DNA of 52,275 nt from Bacteroidota bacterium (GCA_022573915.1 JACZTA010000001.1:1-52275), one strand, 5' to 3'. Numbered from the stretch's first letter, positions 28,300-38,163 are shown. Notes: a model not told the origin generated them from the sequence alone. Program-made: numbers and translations.

Positions 28300-29577
28300 A
28301 TGAAAGTCGATTTAAAATCTTTTTTAAAATCTGCGTCAATTTATACTGCAGCTAATTTTATAAATGCTGCCATACCTTTCTTCCTGTTACCGGTGCTCAC
28401 GAGATTTCTCAGCACATCTGATTACGGCGTTCTCGCCATGTTTCAGCTTTTGATCAGCGCCACCTTTCCATTCATGGGTTTGAATTCGACCACCGCATTG
28501 AGCAGGCAGTATTTCGAAAAAGATAAAATCGACTTTCCCGCCTATGTGACGAATTGCATTTTTATTCTATTTGGCAGTACTGCAGTGGTTATTCTGATCT
28601 TTTGGATATTCAGTAACCCAATTGCCAGCTTTACCGAGTTTCCTGTCCAATGGCTATGGGCTGTGGTTCTTTTTGCATTTGCGCAAAAGTTGACGGAATA
28701 TATCCTTGAGTTATGGAGGGTACAACAAAAAACGGTGCGTTTTGGTGTATTCAGAATGATCAGAACCTCCCTGGATCTGGGGCTGTCACTTTTCTTCATT
28801 ATTATTCTTAAAAATACATGGGAAGGCAGGATCGAAGGCCAATTATACGCGGTAGTCTTTTTTGGACTGATCACATTCTTCTATTTATTCAGGGAGAAGT
28901 GGATAAAATTCAAGTGGAATGCAGGTTATATCAAGCATGCCCTAATTTATGGGGCACCACTCATACCTCATGTTCTGGGTGGAATAATCATCCACATGTC
29001 GGATAGAATTTTCATTGCAAAGATGGTTGGTATTTCTGAAGTTGGATTATACAGCGTGGGATTTCAAGTTGGTATGCTGATAGCCTTGCTGCAAAATTCT
29101 TTTAATCAGGCATGGAGTCCATGGCTCTTTGGCAAGTTGAAAGAAAATGATGATGATGTAAAGAAGTCGATAGTGAAAATAACCTACGGATACATTGGGA
29201 TAATATTAATTTTGGCTCTCGGCTTATCGCTCATGGCACCAACGTTTTTTGACTTGTTTATTGGAAAGGAATTTTCCGGTGCGAGAGTGTTCGTAACTTT
29301 GATTGCCTTCGGTTTTGCTTTTAATGGTATGTATAAGATGTTTGTGAACTATCTCTTTTATATTCAAAAGACTTATATCATCGGATTACTAACCTTGCTG
29401 ATTACCGTTTTGAATCTGGTTTTGAACTATATTCTCATTGGAAGAAATGGAGCTGTCGGGGCAGCGCAGGCGACAACCATTTCTTATGCAGCGCAGTTTA
29501 TTTTAGCGTGGTTGATCTGCGCAAGGGTATATTCCATGCCATGGTTTAATTTTTTAGATAAGACAAAAAAGAAATAG
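28300..29577 (+). CDS. wzx: Oligosaccharide flippase (Wzx; MOP superfamily)
   Basis: 425 aa with about 12 TM helices. N-terminal ...YTAANFINAAIPFFLLPVLTRFLSTSDYG is typical of polysaccharide-biosynthesis flippases. Confidence 0.75.
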   Translation: MKVDLKSFLKSASIYTAANFINAAIPFFLLPVLTRFLSTSDYGVLAMFQLLISATFPFMGLNSTTALSRQYFEKDKIDFPAYVTNCIFILFGSTAVVILIFWIFSNPIASFTEFPVQWLWAVVLFAFAQKLTEYILELWRVQQKTVRFGVFRMIRTSLDLGLSLFFIIILKNTWEGRIEGQLYAVVFFGLITFFYLFREKWIKFKWNAGYIKHALIYGAPLIPHVLGGIIIHMSDRIFIAKMVGISEVGLYSVGFQVGMLIALLQNSFNQAWSPWLFGKLKENDDDVKKSIVKITYGYIGIILILALGLSLMAPTFFDLFIGKEFSGARVFVTLIAFGFAFNGMYKMFVNYLFYIQKTYIIGLLTLLITVLNLVLNYILIGRNGAVGAAQATTISYAAQFILAWLICARVYSMPWFNFLDKTKKK

Positions 29578-29586
29578 TACAGCATT

Positions 29587-30723
29587 GTGATTGGATTTCT
29601 TAGCTATTTATCTACTGTCGCGTATATACCTCATTGGGTGATCATGTTCGCCTTTTTATGGGCAGTGATCAAGTATAGGGTAAGCCTGATCAGTTCGGTT
29701 CAAGGATTTATCAAATCAAATAATCCGGCGGTCAATATAAATCTGATCCTCATTCTGTTGATCATATTTCTTAGCCTGTTAAACAGGATCCTCCACTCAA
29801 ACCAGATGGGGGGTGCCAGATCTGTATTACCTTTCTTTGTGCTTACCCTCGCTACTTATTTTATTGCTATTAAAATCAAACGGTTTGATCTCAAGATCCT
29901 GATTTACCTGATATGTCTCGAAGGATTAGTGGTAATGGCAGAATATTTTATAGGTGTGAGTACTTTTTTTACCAACTTGCCCAGGTTCAAGGGGTTTGGT
30001 GAGGGTGATTTCTTCTACTTCAGAAGACCATTGGGATTGAGCGAAAATTCCAGTCACATTGCTACAAAAGCTTTCATTGGAATACTGCTGATTGATTACC
30101 TCAAACAAAGATCGAGGCTGTTTCTTATACTGAAATTGATCCTTTTTGTAACAATTTTCATGACGTTCAATAGAACGATCTTGATGAGTCTGATAGTTTA
30201 TTTATTCATAAGCATCTTGCTAAACCAATTTCAGGGAAGGAAGAAAGTTTATGAGTTTTTGGTTGGAGCAATTATAATATTGGCTGGTTTGGCGGTTGTT
30301 GGTGCACTTTCTATAAATTACTTTGACGAGATATTTGCAAAACTCACGCGTGACAAAGGAGAGTTGGATCTGTCGGGCAGGGAGAGCATATGGAGTTACT
30401 ATGTTAGTTTCATCGAATCACATCTTATTTTTGGAAACGGTTCTTATAAACTTTGGTTTGGAAAATACCATGCACATAATTCATATTTGCAGCTGCTGGC
30501 CACAAATGGAATTATTATTTCCATTCTTTATATAGTGTTAATTCTAAAGAACATTCGATTTAGTGCTTTTGCTGTGATCCTGGCAATCCTGATTTATTCA
30601 ACTGCACAGTACGGAATTTTTTGGGGAATCTCCCTCATAGATCTCGTTATGTTCACATTTCTCTTTAATCAGCATGTAGTGGAATTGGAGGCAAAAGAGA
30701 AACCTGATTTGATCGGTGCCTGA
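29587..30723 (+). CDS. O-antigen ligase/polymerase family membrane protein (Wzy-like), copy 1
   Basis: Polytopic. YHAHNSYLQLLATNGIIISILYIV matches the Wzy_C/O-antigen-ligase loop. GTG start. Confidence 0.7.
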   Translation: MIGFLSYLSTVAYIPHWVIMFAFLWAVIKYRVSLISSVQGFIKSNNPAVNINLILILLIIFLSLLNRILHSNQMGGARSVLPFFVLTLATYFIAIKIKRFDLKILIYLICLEGLVVMAEYFIGVSTFFTNLPRFKGFGEGDFFYFRRPLGLSENSSHIATKAFIGILLIDYLKQRSRLFLILKLILFVTIFMTFNRTILMSLIVYLFISILLNQFQGRKKVYEFLVGAIIILAGLAVVGALSINYFDEIFAKLTRDKGELDLSGRESIWSYYVSFIESHLIFGNGSYKLWFGKYHAHNSYLQLLATNGIIISILYIVLILKNIRFSAFAVILAILIYSTAQYGIFWGISLIDLVMFTFLFNQHVVELEAKEKPDLIGA

Positions 30724-31560
30724 TCAGGATTTTTGCATATACTCTGTTACCTTTCTGTTGAACTGAATGAAAAGCAGCAGGACAATGCCTGCGACGAGAA
30801 AGATGAAGGAATACGTGATTACCGATTTTTTGAGAGAATGAGCCTTTTCTAAAATCACCGGTGAGCTATAGATAATATTCAGAGGTTCCAGCATGAATAA
30901 TTGAGCTTCCAATAACTGCTTTTTCTCATATAGTTTTATAAGATCCATATGAGCTGGATTTGCATCTATGAATTGAAGATTCGAGTCTTTACCTTCATAT
31001 CTGCTTAATAATATCCTTTGTAAACTATCGAGCTCACCTATCTCTTCATCGATCTTTACTAAAAATGATTCAAGACTGGATTTTCGAATTCGAATTTTCT
31101 TACTTATATAACTATTTTGATTTAAGAAGTGGTTCAATCCCTCAGGTAAACTACTCATATTTTTATCTATACTCTGAATGGTAATTTCAAGCACATTTGT
31201 TTCGAAGCCTCCTTCAATGAAGTATTCTAACATCTTCTTGTCTTCCGTAACAGCTTTGGCTTTTATACTTCTAATTCCCCTGGCCGTCTTCTCATCAATA
31301 TTTAAGTTGCCTGCCAGTTCCTTGGCATTTCCCAAATTCAACTGAATCGAATTTAGAATCTTAACCAAACGATTATTAGACAGTATGCTGGAATTACCCA
31401 GGACCTGTATCTCGTAGCGTGGTTCGGACAGTTGGTATATGCCAAATCCTATTCCCGCACCCAGAATTAATAAGAGGATCAGAAATAGAATTTTCCTTCT
31501 TAAAAAAATATATATCTGGATAAATAACTCGGAGATATTTACTTCGTCGTCTATTCTCAT
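30724..31560 (-). CDS. Chain-length-determinant (Wzz/PCP)-like protein lacking a kinase domain
   Basis: An N-terminal TM (ILFLILLLILGAGIGFGIY), a coiled periplasmic region and a C-terminal TM (YSFIFLVAGIVLLLFIQF). The internal ATG at 31560 is preferred. Confidence 0.55.
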   Translation of the reverse strand: MRIDDEVNISELFIQIYIFLRRKILFLILLLILGAGIGFGIYQLSEPRYEIQVLGNSSILSNNRLVKILNSIQLNLGNAKELAGNLNIDEKTARGIRSIKAKAVTEDKKMLEYFIEGGFETNVLEITIQSIDKNMSSLPEGLNHFLNQNSYISKKIRIRKSSLESFLVKIDEEIGELDSLQRILLSRYEGKDSNLQFIDANPAHMDLIKLYEKKQLLEAQLFMLEPLNIIYSSPVILEKAHSLKKSVITYSFIFLVAGIVLLLFIQFNRKVTEYMQKS

Positions 31561-31620
31561 ACTAAATATCCGGTTGTGGTTACAGGATGTAGAGCGGTAC
31601 AAAGTAAATAAATTAATCAG

Positions 31621-31628
31621 TAGTTTTG
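31621..31628 (+). promoter_or_regulatory. Candidate -7 box (TAGTTTTG)
   Basis: Matches TAnnTTTG 45 nt upstream of the 31673 start. Confidence 0.3.
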
Positions 31629-31672
31629 AAACAATAATAATTAGGACCAGTTAGCATCTCTATAAACCTCAC

Positions 31673-32548
31673 ATGGCCATCGCAACTAAAGTAGATCTCG
31701 GATTTGTATGTGTTGGGGGAAATAAATGTGGAACCTCCTGGCTGTACGAGATGCTTTGCCAGCATCCGGAATTAAATGTATCGATTAATAAGGAACCTCA
31801 CTTCTTCTCGGAAAACTATGAAATGGGGCAGGATTGGTATGCCGGAAATTGGGATAAATCGAGCAAGGTGAGTGGAATCAAGGGAGAGTTATCCACAACC
31901 TATCTGTACGATGAACAAGCTATCGGGCGATTGGTAAACGATTACGTGGATATAAAGGTGCTTATCCTGCTACGTAATCCGCGTGAAAGGGCGCTTTCCC
32001 ATCTTCGCCACGTACTGAGATCAGGAGAGATCAACGATCCTGCCGAAGCTGTTCGGCAACATCCGGAGATCATTTCGAATAGTTTATTTGGCAAGTGGTT
32101 GAGCATCCTTGCCAGGGAACTACCTGTTGAGAGGGTGAAGATTCTATTTTATGATCAGATAAGCAGCGATCCCCGGAATTTGATGTCTGAACTATTTGAG
32201 TTTCTTAGTGTGGATCCTGAATTTACACCGGATAAATTAACCTCGGTCGTTGGCAAAGGGTTTGATCCCAAGAGCGTCTGGATAGAGAAACTGAGAAGAA
32301 ACACTTACTATTCACTTAAAAAAATGAGGATGTACAGGATGATGCGATTTATTAAAGGAACAAGAGTAACAGATCTTGTTAGAAATCTGAATGATAAAAA
32401 TAATGACCAAAGGAATATTACTGAGGTGCTTGATAAGTACAAAAAACAACTGCTGGATGATCTCAACGAGTTGCTGACATCCCCACTTATATCCCGGGAT
32501 GATCTTATAAAAGAGTGGAAAAAAAATCTTGTTGTACTGGAAGCATGA
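31673..32548 (+). CDS. Sulfotransferase-domain protein (Sulfotransfer_1/3-like)
   Basis: 5'-PSB-like GGNKCGTSWLYEML and 3'-PB-like LLRNPRERALSHLRH. Confidence 0.75.
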   Translation: MAIATKVDLGFVCVGGNKCGTSWLYEMLCQHPELNVSINKEPHFFSENYEMGQDWYAGNWDKSSKVSGIKGELSTTYLYDEQAIGRLVNDYVDIKVLILLRNPRERALSHLRHVLRSGEINDPAEAVRQHPEIISNSLFGKWLSILARELPVERVKILFYDQISSDPRNLMSELFEFLSVDPEFTPDKLTSVVGKGFDPKSVWIEKLRRNTYYSLKKMRMYRMMRFIKGTRVTDLVRNLNDKNNDQRNITEVLDKYKKQLLDDLNELLTSPLISRDDLIKEWKKNLVVLEA

Positions 32549-32549
32549 A

Positions 32550-33479
32550 CTATTTTCCGTACTTGATCTTCTTGACGATCCTGTGGAGCAACCACTTCAT
32601 TTCCAACCTCACTAAATAAGAATAGGAAGCATAATGGCCGTTTCCATTAATGGAAGCGAGGTAACTCAAAATTTGACCTGCGGGAACGAACCAACCCCCT
32701 TGTTGAGACAGGCTCCGGATATTGTTTTCGAATTCAGGATCGAGCTGGCCATTTTCATTTACAAAGCCTTCTGCAAAATGTGTATACACGATACAACAGC
32801 CATTTTGTCGTTTAAGGCGTTGAATGTTCTTCGGGTTCACTAATCTGTTAAACTCCTTGAGTGTATGTGCATCCGAGGAGCTGAACCATGCGTTTGAATA
32901 TTGATCCTTTTTCCGGACGGGGTAGGGCATTTTCGGATCAGCAGCGAGTGTGTTGATCCCATTGAACACGAGGTTTCGGGTGAACCTAATGTTTTTTTTA
33001 TACCAATCACCCCAGAAATGTGGCGAGACGGGGTCTTCTCCCGAAAATGCACGCCTGCCTGGAATTAAACCCATCAACCAGGAGAGCGGGGCAGTAAAGC
33101 GTTTATACCCCCAATAAATACTGTCAGGATTTTGGGAATGATTAATATTAATGACCGGATACTCTCTGATATGTTCTTTATACAACTCCACACCGGCAAG
33201 GATCTCTTCGGTATTAAAACTACCCGATCCGACTCCATGTAATGCGATCTCAAAGCCCGACTCTTTAAGTTCCGTAACAAATTTGCGATAATTCTCATCT
33301 TGTAAGCTACCGCCGCTGAAGTCATCGCGCGGAGGATACACCCACACCGTCTTTGTAATTTTTATTCCACACTCCTCAAGCAAGGCATAAACGGGAGCAA
33401 TATTTTCGACTGTCGAATTGTCGGTATCATCAACGATTGTGAAGGCAAATGACTTATTATCCGGCCAGGTATTACTCAT
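32550..33479 (-). CDS. Hypothetical protein, polysaccharide-deacetylase-like fold (tentative)
   Basis: FAFTIVDDTDN (cf. TFDDG) and EIALHGVGSG. The internal ATG at 33479 is preferred. Confidence 0.4.
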   Translation of the reverse strand: MSNTWPDNKSFAFTIVDDTDNSTVENIAPVYALLEECGIKITKTVWVYPPRDDFSGGSLQDENYRKFVTELKESGFEIALHGVGSGSFNTEEILAGVELYKEHIREYPVININHSQNPDSIYWGYKRFTAPLSWLMGLIPGRRAFSGEDPVSPHFWGDWYKKNIRFTRNLVFNGINTLAADPKMPYPVRKKDQYSNAWFSSSDAHTLKEFNRLVNPKNIQRLKRQNGCCIVYTHFAEGFVNENGQLDPEFENNIRSLSQQGGWFVPAGQILSYLASINGNGHYASYSYLVRLEMKWLLHRIVKKIKYGK

Positions 33480-33514
33480 AAAGAAGAAATGATTGCAGTT
33501 ATAGCGACTATACT

Positions 33515-33522
33515 TATCTTTG
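33515..33522 (+). promoter_or_regulatory. Candidate -7 box (TATCTTTG)
   Basis: Matches TAnnTTTG 42 nt upstream of the 33564 start, in a divergent intergenic region. Confidence 0.3.
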
Positions 33523-33563
33523 TAGCCATGACGAAAGTACAAATATCAGTATAATCTATTTCT

Positions 33564-34610
33564 TTGGCTTACCTCACGTCATCCCGTATCTCTATAGTGA
33601 TTCCCTGCAGGAATGAAGAAAAATTCATTGCTCGTTGCCTCGATTCTATTTTAACAATTTCTTATCCGCTCGATAATATTGAAGTATTTGTATGCGACGG
33701 GATGAGCGATGATAATAGTAGAAACATAATTGAAGGATATACCGGGGGAAGTAACAGCAAGAGCGAGAGCAACAGAATCACGCTGTTAGATAATCCGTCC
33801 AAAACCACGCAGCATGCTCTGAACCTGGGGATAAATAGATCGAGCGGTGATTTTATTATCATTTTAGGCGCTCATGCGGAGTTGGATTACGATTATATTA
33901 CAAATTGCCTTGAAGCATTTTCTAAAGATGATAAGCTTGGCTGTGTAGGTGGAGTTATTGAAAATATTTATGAAGACAATCAATCTAAAGGAATTGGTTA
34001 TGCTATGTCTTCACCATTTGGGGTTGGGAACGCTTTTTTCAGGACAGGCAAGAAGGAGGGCTACGTAGATACCGTTGCCTTTGGTATGTACAAGAAGGAA
34101 GTGTTTGATAAGATTGGACTATTTGATGAGGAGTTGGTGAGGAACCAGGATGACGAATTCAATTTCAGACTCACAAAATCGGGTTATAAGATATATTTGT
34201 CGAGATCAATCAGGTCAAAATATTATGTCAGGTCATCTTTTGTAAAACTATTTCGGCAGTACTATCAGTACGGGTACTGGAAGGTATTCGTGAATAAAAA
34301 GCATAAGACCATCACCACGCTGAGGCAGCTGATACCTTTCTTGTTTGTGAGCTGGCTGATCCTGGGGGGAGTACTTTCATTGATTATCCCGGAGATTTGG
34401 GTCTTATACATTTTAGCTAACTCATTATACTTTGGATTAGTGATACTTTTTGGATTGCTGAAATCCATTAACCCGATGATTGTGCCAAGTATCTGGTTAT
34501 CATTTTTTATTCTGCATATAAGTTACGGATTGGGATATCTTGAAGGCATATGGCAATTTGTGATACTTAATAATGCTCCCAAGAAAAAAAGTGAGCAGCT
34601 AACGCGTTAA
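33564..34610 (+). CDS. Glycosyltransferase family 2 with C-terminal TM helices
   Basis: ISIVIPCRNEEKFI, DGMSDD (DxD) and NQDDEFNFRL, followed by 3-4 hydrophobic helices. TTG start. Confidence 0.85.
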   Translation: MAYLTSSRISIVIPCRNEEKFIARCLDSILTISYPLDNIEVFVCDGMSDDNSRNIIEGYTGGSNSKSESNRITLLDNPSKTTQHALNLGINRSSGDFIIILGAHAELDYDYITNCLEAFSKDDKLGCVGGVIENIYEDNQSKGIGYAMSSPFGVGNAFFRTGKKEGYVDTVAFGMYKKEVFDKIGLFDEELVRNQDDEFNFRLTKSGYKIYLSRSIRSKYYVRSSFVKLFRQYYQYGYWKVFVNKKHKTITTLRQLIPFLFVSWLILGGVLSLIIPEIWVLYILANSLYFGLVILFGLLKSINPMIVPSIWLSFFILHISYGLGYLEGIWQFVILNNAPKKKSEQLTR

Positions 34611-35869
34611 TGATCATGAATCAATTGAATGAAAAACTTCACTTATGGACGACGGCACTCATCCTGTTCACTATGCCCGTGTATCATGCGGCGCTGCCTT
34701 ATATCATCATGCTGTTGGCTTTGAATTGGCTCGTTCTGAGTAAGCACCGTAGCTGGTTCTCAAGAAGAAACTTTAATTTAAGTGGTGTCCTGCTGATCTC
34801 TTATTACGTTCTTCACATCGCCGGCATGATCTATTCGACCAGTGTTCGGGAAGCTATAATTGACTTGGAGATTAAATCGTCTTTTGTTGTTTTACCCTTG
34901 ATCTATTCACTTTCTCCGAGATTTGATGAAAGCAAAATGAGGACTTTGTTTATCAGCTTTGTAGGGGGCTGTTTCGTGGCCGTGATGATCTGCTTCGGCA
35001 CGATCGCAAACAATTACTTCTTTATTCACCCGGGAGCTGAATACTTTACGCATGGAAAGCATTTTTCGATATTGTTGCACCTTGGCTACTTTGCCATGTA
35101 TCTGAATCTGTCGATCATCTTAATATTGTATATGCTGTTCCATGGAAGTTGGAAATTTTCTACTGCCTTCAGAATATTCCTGATTAGTTGCATCCTTCTG
35201 TTTGTTGTGGCGATATTTTTTACGGTTGCAAAAAATGGCATACTTACATTAGGACTATTAGCATTGGTTCTCTCGGTACTCTATGCCATCAAATACAAAA
35301 AATGGATTATTGGCATAGGGTCACTACTTTTCATGTTCGGAGTATTTGCATTGTTGATCTATAAGGTGCCCGGAAATATTGAGCGTTTTGAAAATGCGCT
35401 TAATGCGTTTACTCTTCAACTGCCGTCAAGTGATACACATGAAAGTTCAGAAGTAAGATTGCTCGCATGGAGATCAGCACTGGCTGTTTTTAAGGCTAAT
35501 CCTTTGATAGGAGTGGGGACCGGAGATGTGGATGAAGAGCTGCTGGAGTATTACAACAGCAAAGGGTACACGCATCTCGAAGACATTCATCTGAATCCTC
35601 ATAACCAATACCTGCAATCTGCTGTGGCACTTGGAATACTTGGATTGCTGATTTTACCTGTGATTTTTATAATAGCTTTTCTCGGATCGATTAAAGAGCG
35701 TAATTTAGCGAAGGTATTTTTCGTCATTATAATCGCCCTGGCAGCCGTCACGGAGTCGATCCTGGAGGTTCAGGCAGGTGTCATCTTTTTTGCGTTGTTC
35801 TATTCGTTGTTTCTTATAAGTCAAGATAATTCGGAGAACATACTGCAATTTAATAGACCATTAAAGTAG
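34610..35869 (+). CDS. O-antigen ligase/polymerase family membrane protein (Wzy-like), copy 2
   Basis: Polytopic. NPHNQYLQSAVALGILGLLIL is the Wzy_C-type loop. A TAATG overlap joins it to the GT2 gene. Confidence 0.7.
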   Translation: MIMNQLNEKLHLWTTALILFTMPVYHAALPYIIMLLALNWLVLSKHRSWFSRRNFNLSGVLLISYYVLHIAGMIYSTSVREAIIDLEIKSSFVVLPLIYSLSPRFDESKMRTLFISFVGGCFVAVMICFGTIANNYFFIHPGAEYFTHGKHFSILLHLGYFAMYLNLSIILILYMLFHGSWKFSTAFRIFLISCILLFVVAIFFTVAKNGILTLGLLALVLSVLYAIKYKKWIIGIGSLLFMFGVFALLIYKVPGNIERFENALNAFTLQLPSSDTHESSEVRLLAWRSALAVFKANPLIGVGTGDVDEELLEYYNSKGYTHLEDIHLNPHNQYLQSAVALGILGLLILPVIFIIAFLGSIKERNLAKVFFVIIIALAAVTESILEVQAGVIFFALFYSLFLISQDNSENILQFNRPLK

Positions 35870-36026
35870 GCTACCCTCCCGCCACCGTGAATATTAAGCT
35901 TTTTTTTAAAGAAATGGAAGAGTAAATGAGCAGCCGATTAACTCAAGCTCGCGAGCGGACACCATATGCGCATTAACTTGTAACGCGTGTGGAATTAGAG
36001 GCGTGCAAGCAAGGTGGGGTTTAATT

Positions 36027-36068
36027 TAAAATTCAAAACTTAAAATTCAAAACTTAAAATTCAAAATT
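36027..36068. repeat. Three tandem copies of the 14-bp unit TAAAATTCAAAA(C/T)T
   Basis: Units at 36027-36040, 36041-36054 and 36055-36068. The same repeat recurs at 36787-36819. Confidence 0.9.
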
Positions 36069-36255
36069 ACCCTCGCTGTCTGCACCTTAGATTGTTTTGG
36101 TTACAGGATTACGCTGATTTACTACGACCATCATAATAAAAATTCCCTCATAAATAATCACCCTCCTCCTGAACTAATTATTTATTCTTATTTTAGAAGG
36201 GTATGTGCTGCAATGGTGGGTGAAAAGTAAAGTTTATTCGAGCAGATCAAAGACA

Positions 36256-36768
36256 ATGAATCACATTTTCTCCATACTAATAATTCTTGTTCTGTCAGTA
36301 TTGAGCGTTTCCGCGCAAACGGAAAATAATTCTTACAAGAACTTTACTGACACGGCATTTATAATTGGAGATAAGATCCCTGCTCCTTCAATTTACTTTG
36401 AATTTGATGGAAGCTCCCTTGTTAGAAAAGAATCCTATAACGCGGTAAAGGTTATTGCCAACTTCCTTATAAAGCATCCAAACCTAATGATTGAGATTGG
36501 CGTACATTCTGATTCCAGAGGAAGTGATGATTACAATAGGAGAATATCACAGATCAAGTCTGAAAATGTAAAGAATGTTTTAGTACTCGAGTTTGGTATT
36601 TCGAAGGATAGAATAGCTAATAGAGGGTATGGAGAATCTCAACCATTAGAAGATTGCTCCCTATACATTGAATGTGCACATGATGAAAGTGTTGAGGGCA
36701 TCTGTATCATTGATTGCCCATGTCATCAAAGAAATAGACGGGTTGAACTAAAAATAATTGAACTTTAA
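36256..36768 (+). CDS. OmpA-family (OmpA_C-like peptidoglycan-binding) protein
   Basis: Signal peptide MNHIFSILIILVLSVLSVSAQ, then IGVHSDSRGSDDYNRRISQIKSENV...GYGESQPL...NRRVELKI. Confidence 0.8.
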   Translation: MNHIFSILIILVLSVLSVSAQTENNSYKNFTDTAFIIGDKIPAPSIYFEFDGSSLVRKESYNAVKVIANFLIKHPNLMIEIGVHSDSRGSDDYNRRISQIKSENVKNVLVLEFGISKDRIANRGYGESQPLEDCSLYIECAHDESVEGICIIDCPCHQRNRRVELKIIEL

Positions 36769-36786
36769 GACCTCCGGTCTCAATCC

Positions 36787-36819
36787 AATTCAAAATTCAA
36801 AACTTAAAATTCAAAATTA
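36787..36819. repeat. Second copy (about 2.5 units) of the AAAATTCAAAACT tandem repeat
   Basis: AATTCAAAATTCAAAACTTAAAATTCAAAATTA lies directly downstream of the OmpA-like gene. Confidence 0.9.
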
Positions 36820-36891
36820 TCGCAACTGGGAAGATCCTTCCATCTTCTCTCAGATTTATCTAATTTTAACCTGACTTACCAATCTCATTAA

Positions 36892-38106
36892 ATGATCCCT
36901 TTCTCTCCTCCTAAAATATATCAAGAAGTTATTGATGGTGTCGCGGAAACGCTTCGTTCCGGCTGGATCACTTCAGGGCCGAAGACCAAGGAATTTGAAC
37001 AAAAACTTCTTGAGTATACGAATGCAAAGCGAGTGCTTTGCGTCAATTCAGGCACAGGAGGACTCGAATTAGTACTGAGATGGTTTGGTGTTGGGGAGGG
37101 TGATGAGGTGATCGTACCTGTTTATACTTATTGCGCTACAGCCAATGTGGTGGTTCATTGCGGAGCAAAACCTGTTTTTGTAGACGTAGGCGAGGATTTT
37201 AATATTGATCCTGGCAAGGTCAGAGCTGCCATCACAGAGAAGACCAAGGTCATTATTCCTGTGGATGTCGCAGGATATCCGTGCGATTACGATGAGTTGA
37301 ACGCCTTGGTTAATGAGAATGATATCCGTAGCCAGTTTAAACAGCGAAGCGAGAACCAAACCAAATTATGCAGGATCCTGATCTTATCTGACTCAGCTCA
37401 CTCGGTTGGCGCAGAGTACAAGGGTGCAAAGTCCGGAGCATTATGTGATGTATCGGTGTTTTCATTTCATGCGGTCAAGAATCTCACCACAGCCGAAGGT
37501 GGCGCCGTTTGTCTGAACCTGCAAGAACCCTTTGATAATGATGCGCTTTACGAACAGATGCGAATTACCGGATTACATGGACAGTCGGTGGATGCGATCG
37601 ATAAGATAAATAAGGGACATTGGGAATATGATGTTGTGGAAGCGGGATATAAGTGGAATATGCCCGACGTATTGGCTGTGATGGGTCTTATAGAATTGAA
37701 ATACTATGGCGACAAAACACTGGTCAGAAGAAGAGAGATATTTAATCAATACTCTAAATCACTCGAAGGATATCAATGGGCTCAAATTCCTCCATATGAT
37801 CTTGAAGGTAAACTTTCGTCTTACCATGTTTATCTGCTGAGAATCAACGATATAAGTGAGGACCAACGTAATGAGATAATTAAGAAAATTTTTGAGAAAG
37901 AAGTGAGTGTCAATGTACATTTCAAGCCATTACCAATGTTGAGTTATTACAAGAATCTGGGATACGATATCAAGGATTATCCGGTGGCCTATGATAACTT
38001 TTCTCGTGAAATATCTTTACCGGTATATTTTGATCTAAGTGACGAGGATATTAAAACAGTTTGTGACGCGGTAATTGAATCCGTAGAGTCTATAATTAAT
38101 AAATGA
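36892..38106 (+). CDS. DegT/DnrJ/EryC1/StrS-family PLP-dependent sugar aminotransferase
   Basis: SDSAHSVGAEYKG and FSFHAVKNLTTAEGG (PLP lysine). 404 aa. Confidence 0.9.
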   Translation: MIPFSPPKIYQEVIDGVAETLRSGWITSGPKTKEFEQKLLEYTNAKRVLCVNSGTGGLELVLRWFGVGEGDEVIVPVYTYCATANVVVHCGAKPVFVDVGEDFNIDPGKVRAAITEKTKVIIPVDVAGYPCDYDELNALVNENDIRSQFKQRSENQTKLCRILILSDSAHSVGAEYKGAKSGALCDVSVFSFHAVKNLTTAEGGAVCLNLQEPFDNDALYEQMRITGLHGQSVDAIDKINKGHWEYDVVEAGYKWNMPDVLAVMGLIELKYYGDKTLVRRREIFNQYSKSLEGYQWAQIPPYDLEGKLSSYHVYLLRINDISEDQRNEIIKKIFEKEVSVNVHFKPLPMLSYYKNLGYDIKDYPVAYDNFSREISLPVYFDLSDEDIKTVCDAVIESVESIINK

Positions 38107-38107
38107 T

Positions 38108-38150
38108 CTCAATCCCAATCCCAATCCCAATCTCAAACTCAACCCCAACC
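38108..38150. repeat. C/A-rich hexamer microsatellite (CAATCC x ~3.5, then degenerate copies)
   Basis: CTCAATCCCAATCCCAATCCCAATCTCAAACTCAACCCCAACC lies between the aminotransferase stop and the pglC-like start. Confidence 0.85.
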
Positions 38151-38163
38151 TTCATCCCCGGTT

